Source: an uncultured delta proteobacterium (GTDB taxonomy: Bacteria > Myxococcota_A > Polyangia > Polyangiales > Houyiibacteriaceae). Taken from it: a DNA stretch of 64,000 nucleotides. The stretch lies in the NCBI GenBank assembly GCA_963699755.1, contig CAVOVB010000002.1, positions 544,001 to 608,000 on the forward strand. Direction: 5' to 3'. Both the position numbers and the translations under genes were made by a program. Shown piece by piece: positions 58,954 through 64,000 of this stretch (position 1 is the stretch's first letter; every line of letters starts with the position of its first letter). Under the pieces are notes generated by a model. That model was given only the letters and a program-made list of their open reading frames with translations, was not told where the DNA came from and searched no databases.

Positions 58954-60299
58954 CGGGGCCGGCGGCGGCGGCGGCGGCGAACACGCGGCTCCGCCTCGTA
59001 TACAGCGTCGCTGGGCTCGTGCGCCCATGCGGGAACTTCTTCACCACGGGCCGTGCGGTCGAGCGCAAATAGAGTCGCTGCGTCGGCGAAGTACTCGCGG
59101 CGCGAGATCGACTGTATGCGACCCGTTCGAAGACGCCTTTGCGCCATGATCAGTAGGCGGATGCGGTCCTTGAGACGTCGCGGCAAAGAAAGCCGAAGCG
59201 AGAGCTCCCGAACGAACTCCTCGTAGGCGACCGGTACGTCCGACACGCCTTCGAGCGCTTCGTCGACGGGCCCCAGCAGCAGTGCCGCGAGCAAAACGGC
59301 GTCGCCCGGAAGCCGGTCTTCGGCAGCTAGCGCGTCGACAGCCTTCAATCGTCCGAAAGTCAGCGACGCACCTTCGAGATCATCGTCCAAGAACGACGCG
59401 AGCTCGGGAAACGTCTCGCTCAGCACGCCCACGTCCCAGGAGAGGAACACCGAGCGATGCGCGGCGCCGCCACGCAGGAAACGAAGGATCTCCTCGAGCA
59501 CTCGAGGCGCAGCGGCGCGACGGAGGTCTCCTCGGTGGCGAACCATCGCGTCGTAGACTTCTGGATCGAGCCCCATGTCGAGGCGAGCACTGAACTTGAT
59601 CGCGCGAAGGATGCGCACGGGGTCTTCCCGGAATCGAACGTTCGGGTCACCGATGGTCCGGAGCAAGTGCTCTTCGAGGTCGGCCACGCCACCCACGAAG
59701 TCGATCACCTCGCCCCGTTCTAGGTCGTAGAAAAGCCCGTTGATCGTGAAATCGCGCCGGATGGAATCCTCATGTGGCTGGCCAAAGATGTTGTCGTTGG
59801 TGATTAGCAGGTCGGCGTCATCGCAGTCCGTGTCCGACTGCCGCGAGGGGATCAAGCGTACCGGCTCGGGGCCAGCACAAAGCGGAATCTTTTTCGCGAA
59901 CTTCGGTTTGATGACCTCGTAGTCCTGCGAAGGATCGCGTCGAAAGGTCGCAACTTCGATTACCTTCCCGCCGGAGAACAAGACGTGCGCCAGGCGGAAG
60001 CGCCTGCCGATGACGCGGCAGTTGCGGAAGAGGTCGCGCACCTCATAGGGGCGAGCGCTGGTAGCAAGGTCGAAGTCCTTGGGCTTTCGGCCGAGCATCA
60101 GGTCGCGCACACCTCCGCCGACGAGATAGGCGGTGTGACCATGTCGGTTGAGGCGGCGAATCACCTTCGCAGCATCTTGGTCAACGAGCCTGCGAGGTAT
60201 CGCATGGGCATAAACGATGGGCTCGGGTGGCTCCTCATCGAGGAGGCCTCGATCTTCGCCTTCTCGCCGACCGAAGTCAGAATCTATCACTCGGGTCAT
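58950..60299 (-). CDS. pcnB: poly(A) polymerase I
   Basis: AYLVGGGVRD, PKDFD, IGRRFRLAHV (PAP signature), RRDFTIN, EDPVRILRA; Arg-rich tail. Confidence 0.93.
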   Translation of the reverse strand: MTRVIDSDFGRREGEDRGLLDEEPPEPIVYAHAIPRRLVDQDAAKVIRRLNRHGHTAYLVGGGVRDLMLGRKPKDFDLATSARPYEVRDLFRNCRVIGRRFRLAHVLFSGGKVIEVATFRRDPSQDYEVIKPKFAKKIPLCAGPEPVRLIPSRQSDTDCDDADLLITNDNIFGQPHEDSIRRDFTINGLFYDLERGEVIDFVGGVADLEEHLLRTIGDPNVRFREDPVRILRAIKFSARLDMGLDPEVYDAMVRHRGDLRRAAAPRVLEEILRFLRGGAAHRSVFLSWDVGVLSETFPELASFLDDDLEGASLTFGRLKAVDALAAEDRLPGDAVLLAALLLGPVDEALEGVSDVPVAYEEFVRELSLRLSLPRRLKDRIRLLIMAQRRLRTGRIQSISRREYFADAATLFALDRTARGEEVPAWAHEPSDAVYEAEPRVRRRRRRRPR

Positions 60300-60399
60300 C
60301 GAAATCCAATGCCCATGAAGGGCAAGAGGCAGTTGATGCCTTGTAGCAAGAACCGGTCCTGACGGCAATCTAAGACCAATGCTACCGTCTCCCAACAAG

Positions 60400-61470
60400 A
60401 TGAACGAGCTCGAACGAATGGCTGGAAATGTGATCGTATGTGGATTTCCGGGCACCGAAGCACCGCCGACGGTTCTGCGCTGGTTATCGGAGGAGGCCAT
60501 AGCGGGTTTGATCCTGTTCAAGCGCAACATCGACGACCTGAATCAGGCTGCCACGATGATCGCGTCATGCATCGAAGGAACCGACCCTGCGAAACCGGTC
60601 TTGGTCTGTGTCGATCAGGAAGGCGGCCGCGTGGCGCGTTTCGGAGAGCCTGTGCTTCGGCTTCCGCCTATGCGGACGCTGGCGGCGGTGGGTGATGTCG
60701 ACCTCACTCGTGACGCGGCAACCGTTCTCGGACGCCAGTTGCGCTCCATCGGCATCAATCTGGACTTTGCGCCGGTGCTCGATGTCGACACCAACCCGGA
60801 CAACCCCGTCATCGGTGATCGTTCGTTCGGCAGCACGCCTGATACTGTGATCGAGCACGCGCTCGCTTTCGCCGAGGGACTTCACGACGGAGGGGTGTTG
60901 TCCTGCGGCAAACACTTCCCCGGCCACGGCGACACCGACCTCGACAGCCACCTCGCCCTTCCGATGCTCCGCCACGGCCGAGCCCGGCTCGAAGAGGTGG
61001 AGCTCCTTCCCTTTCGCGCGGCAGCTCGGTGGATACCTTCCCTGATGACAGCCCATGTCGTATTCGAAGCAGTCGACCCGGGCGTTCCCGCCACGATGTC
61101 CGGGGCTGTGATCAGCAAGCTCCTGCGCGAGGATATTGGTTTCGAAGGGGCGGTGTTCTCCGACGATCTCGAGATGAAGGCAATTACAGAACTACATTCG
61201 ATCGAGGAAGCGGGCGTACTTGCGATCGAAGCCGGCTGCGATCTTCTGCTGGTCTGTTCGGATCTCGAAGCCGCAGCTCGGCTCCGCGAGACGCTTGCCA
61301 CCAAAGCCGGCCGCGACGAATCGTTTCGAGTCCGTCTGACGGGGGCCCGAGCGCGCGCCGACGCGCTTCGCCGACGCATCGATGAGTTGCCCCCTGCCGT
61401 CCCAGTCGAAAACGCGCTAGACAACGCCCAGGCGCGATCCGTCGTGCAACGCCTACGGCAACTAGAATGA
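60400..61470 (+). CDS. nagZ: beta-N-acetylhexosaminidase (GH3)
   Basis: ILFKRN, DQEGGRV, APVLD, KHFPGHGDTDLDSH, SDDLEM. Confidence 0.94.
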   Translation: MNELERMAGNVIVCGFPGTEAPPTVLRWLSEEAIAGLILFKRNIDDLNQAATMIASCIEGTDPAKPVLVCVDQEGGRVARFGEPVLRLPPMRTLAAVGDVDLTRDAATVLGRQLRSIGINLDFAPVLDVDTNPDNPVIGDRSFGSTPDTVIEHALAFAEGLHDGGVLSCGKHFPGHGDTDLDSHLALPMLRHGRARLEEVELLPFRAAARWIPSLMTAHVVFEAVDPGVPATMSGAVISKLLREDIGFEGAVFSDDLEMKAITELHSIEEAGVLAIEAGCDLLLVCSDLEAAARLRETLATKAGRDESFRVRLTGARARADALRRRIDELPPAVPVENALDNAQARSVVQRLRQLE

Positions 61471-62459
61471 CTGCAGCCGATCCACTTCCAGAGGCTCCAA
61501 CCTCGTGCCTGCTCCGCAACCACTGGCAAGTCGGCGTCTATCGCACGCCGTTTGCGGAGGCTCAGCTGAACAGCCACGGCTGGAGGCGCTTGCGTCTCAA
61601 GGAGTGGCACTACCTCTCCTTCACGACGGATGAGTGGTTCGTCGCGCTCGGCCTGGTGCAGCTGGGCTACGTTGGAAACCTCTTCTCCTATGTCGTGGAT
61701 CGGGCTCAACGTCGGCCCGCCGTCGCCTACGGTTCTCTATCGCCATTGGGCAGGGCCCTGAGCGTCGCATCGAGCTCCATCGAGGGGACGACGGTCTGGA
61801 AGAGCCGGGCCGCCACCGTGTCGATCGCGTCCAACGACGGTTGGGACCTAGAGCTCGACATGCCGCTAGGTGCGGAGCGCCTGCGCGGACGGGCACGAAT
61901 CGAGGCGCGCGATTCTCTGGCCCTCTTGCACCGACTCGGCCCAGGGCGCGTTGCGTACACTCACAAGGCTGCGGGCTGGCCCGCCTCCGGGCAACTCGAG
62001 CTCGGCTCTCGCGGCATTCGGCTCGAAGGTGGGCTCGCGGCAAGCGATTGGACGCGTTCGCAAGCCAACCGGCTTACCGAGTGGAAATGGGCATCCATGA
62101 GTGGCTTCCTGCGCGATGGCACGGCTATCGGCCTCAATCTATCCGCCGATGTCTACGACGACGAAAAGGGTCACTCTCTCGAGAACGCACTTTGGATCGA
62201 CGGCGAGGTGCAGCGCCTGTCCGGTGTGCGTTTCGACGTGCCAAGGGATGCCAAGACTCAGCGCTGGGTGATCCGGAGTCTCGATAGCAACGAAGTCGAC
62301 ATCGCGTTCGATCCACTGGGCGCTCGGGAAGAACACATGAATTTTGGCCTGGTGCGAACCGATTTCGTACAACCCTATGGCCGATTCGCGGGCCGTGTTC
62401 GCGGATACGACATCACCGGTTGCTTCGGTGTCGTCGAAACGCACGTGTCGGTTTGGTGA
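61467..62459 (+). CDS. DUF2804-family protein
   Basis: RLKEWHY, W.WAS, GLNL, ENALWIDG, FVQPYGRFAG, GVVETH. Confidence 0.82.
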   Translation: MTAADPLPEAPTSCLLRNHWQVGVYRTPFAEAQLNSHGWRRLRLKEWHYLSFTTDEWFVALGLVQLGYVGNLFSYVVDRAQRRPAVAYGSLSPLGRALSVASSSIEGTTVWKSRAATVSIASNDGWDLELDMPLGAERLRGRARIEARDSLALLHRLGPGRVAYTHKAAGWPASGQLELGSRGIRLEGGLAASDWTRSQANRLTEWKWASMSGFLRDGTAIGLNLSADVYDDEKGHSLENALWIDGEVQRLSGVRFDVPRDAKTQRWVIRSLDSNEVDIAFDPLGAREEHMNFGLVRTDFVQPYGRFAGRVRGYDITGCFGVVETHVSVW

Positions 62460-62471
62460 GCTGAGGGCGGG

Positions 62472-64000
62472 TTGGAGATTTTTGGCGACACGAGCGGGCT
62501 GCGTCCTTCCGACACCCGAGCGCTGCAACGAATCTACCGGCGCAAGGTGCCGCTCGATCGACTGACGACGCCAGACCTCACCCGCGCGCTCGTGGGTGTT
62601 TCACACGCGACCGGACGACAAGTCGGGGTTCTAGTCGACCGACGCGGCACGGTGCACCACGTCATCGTGGGCGACGCATCCAAGCTCATGCTGCCCGACG
62701 TGGGTCGTATGCGTGCCGGTGCCGGCCGGCTTCGAGGCCTGCGGCTGATTCACACTCACTTGCGGAACGAGCCTCTGAGTCGGGACGACCTGGTCGACCT
62801 GACGCGTCTTCACTTGGACATGGTGGTCGCGATCTGTCTGGCGCCAGGCGAAGAGCGGGCGCTCTGCGTGTACTATGGGCACAATTTCCCCGGTGTCGAC
62901 GACAGCAACGAACCACCGTTTCGCACCTTCGGTCCCATTCCGTACGCCAAGGCGCAGGAAAATCCAGCCGAAATCATCGCAACTCTCGAACAAGAGTTCG
63001 CCCGGGCGGCACGAGCGCGTGGAGTCACAGCCAAAGATGGTCGCGCCATCTTGATTCACGTTTGCGACAAGCGAAGCGCTGGCAAGGCAGAGGACTCGCT
63101 TCGAGAGCTCGAAGAGCTCGCTCGCACGGCAGGCGTCGAGGTCGCCGATCGCGTGCTGCAGGTCCGCGAACAGGTGGACCCTCGCTTTGCGCTTGGTCGT
63201 GGGAAGCTCGAAGACGTCGTCATCCGCGCAATGCAGCTCGATGCCGAGACACTGATTTTCGATCGCGATCTTCGGCCTGCGCAGGCGAACAACATCGCAC
63301 GAATGACTGACCTCAAAGTAGTCGATCGCACGCAGCTCATCCTCGACATCTTTGCCCAGCACGCGGAGAGCAGCGACGGTAAGCTGCAGGTCGAGCTGGC
63401 ACAGATGAAGTACCTCCTGCCGCGCCTCGGCGAACGTGACGACGCTCTTTCACGCCTCACCGGTGGAATTGGAGGTCGCGGACCGGGCGAGACCAAGCTC
63501 GAAGTTGGACGACGCCGAGCCAGGGAACGCATCGCGCGCCTCCAATCGCAGCTCAAGCAACTCGGGCGGCAGCGCGAGCAGCGGCGCGCGCGCCGAAAGC
63601 GGAGCGGAATGCCCACCGTGGCGATCGTCGGCTACACGAACGCCGGCAAGAGCACGCTTATCAATGCGCTGACCGGGAGCGACGTGATCGCGGAGGACAA
63701 GCTCTTCGCAACGCTCGATACGCGCTCTCGAACGACCAGGCTGCCGTCTGGGCGCGAGGTGATCATCACCGACACGGTCGGCTTCATACGCGATTTGCCA
63801 AAGGATTTGTTCGCCGCGTTCCGTGCGACCTTCGACGAGACGCAGGACGCGGACCTCTTGCTACACGTGATCGACGCCTCGGACCCATGCCGGAGCGAGC
63901 ACGTCGAAACGACCGAGAAGTTGCTAGTCGACCTCGGTCTCGAGCGTGTCCCGCGGATCCTGGTCTTCAACAAGTGCGACAAGCTGGATACCCCTCACGC
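62472..64000 (+). CDS. hflX: GTPase HflX, long N-terminal form (runs off the window end)
   Basis: Manual translation (not in ORF track), TTG start after [81 protein letters not shown]. Confidence 0.95.
   Translation, partial: MEIFGDTSGLRPSDTRALQRIYRRKVPLDRLTTPDLTRALVGVSHATGRQVGVLVDRRGTVHHVIVGDASKLMLPDVGRMRAGAGRLRGLRLIHTHLRNEPLSRDDLVDLTRLHLDMVVAICLAPGEERALCVYYGHNFPGVDDSNEPPFRTFGPIPYAKAQENPAEIIATLEQEFARAARARGVTAKDGRAILIHVCDKRSAGKAEDSLRELEELARTAGVEVADRVLQVREQVDPRFALGRGKLEDVVIRAMQLDAETLIFDRDLRPAQANNIARMTDLKVVDRTQLILDIFAQHAESSDGKLQVELAQMKYLLPRLGERDDALSRLTGGIGGRGPGETKLEVGRRRARERIARLQSQLKQLGRQREQRRARRKRSGMPTVAIVGYTNAGKSTLINALTGSDVIAEDKLFATLDTRSRTTRLPSGREVIITDTVGFIRDLPKDLFAAFRATFDETQDADLLLHVIDASDPCRSEHVETTEKLLVDLGLERVPRILVFNKCDKLDTPH

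Overview
High-GC bacterial chromosomal segment, most likely Myxococcota (Polyangiales-like), inferred from gene content: Ser/Thr kinase-REC, FHA, PilZ, DUF4388 regulator, Cys-rich lipoprotein, long-form HflX. It is a dense core/housekeeping region of about 58 CDS. These include dtd, coaE, tldD/pmbA, wbpD/wbpE-like, LytS/LytTR, trxC, rpsO-pnp-dut, trxA, ccsA-like-hemA-hemC, ArsA ATPase, glmU, rseP, thiO, acyl-CoA dehydrogenase, a voltage-gated K+ channel, a FadF/EtfD-like Fe-S protein, rsmB, murI, PAS kinases, DegP, coaX, pcnB, nagZ and hflX, plus one tRNA-Pro(CGG). I found no integrase, transposase, phage gene, CRISPR array or defence island. The most notable observations are: (1) at least 12 genes have a TAnnnT -10 hexamer 5-7 nt before the start codon and no usable Shine-Dalgarno, suggesting widespread leaderless mRNAs; (2) a 93-aa ORF is a 'telescoped' remnant of a Gfo/Idh/MocA (WbpB-like) dehydrogenase, and a hotdog-fold gene also carries an in-frame internal deletion; (3) two paralogous YkgJ/FliB-like Cys-cluster proteins share a CxxDGxCC variant motif, and one heads a coupled operon with DUF501 and DUF2752; (4) several apparent pseudo-enzymes or split signalling proteins are present; (5) PNPase has an RD/RG mixed-charge tail and an RBS-sequestering leader; (6) a FadR(YsiA)-like operator precedes the acyl-CoA dehydrogenase. 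All family assignments come from motif recognition by eye, with no database searches.
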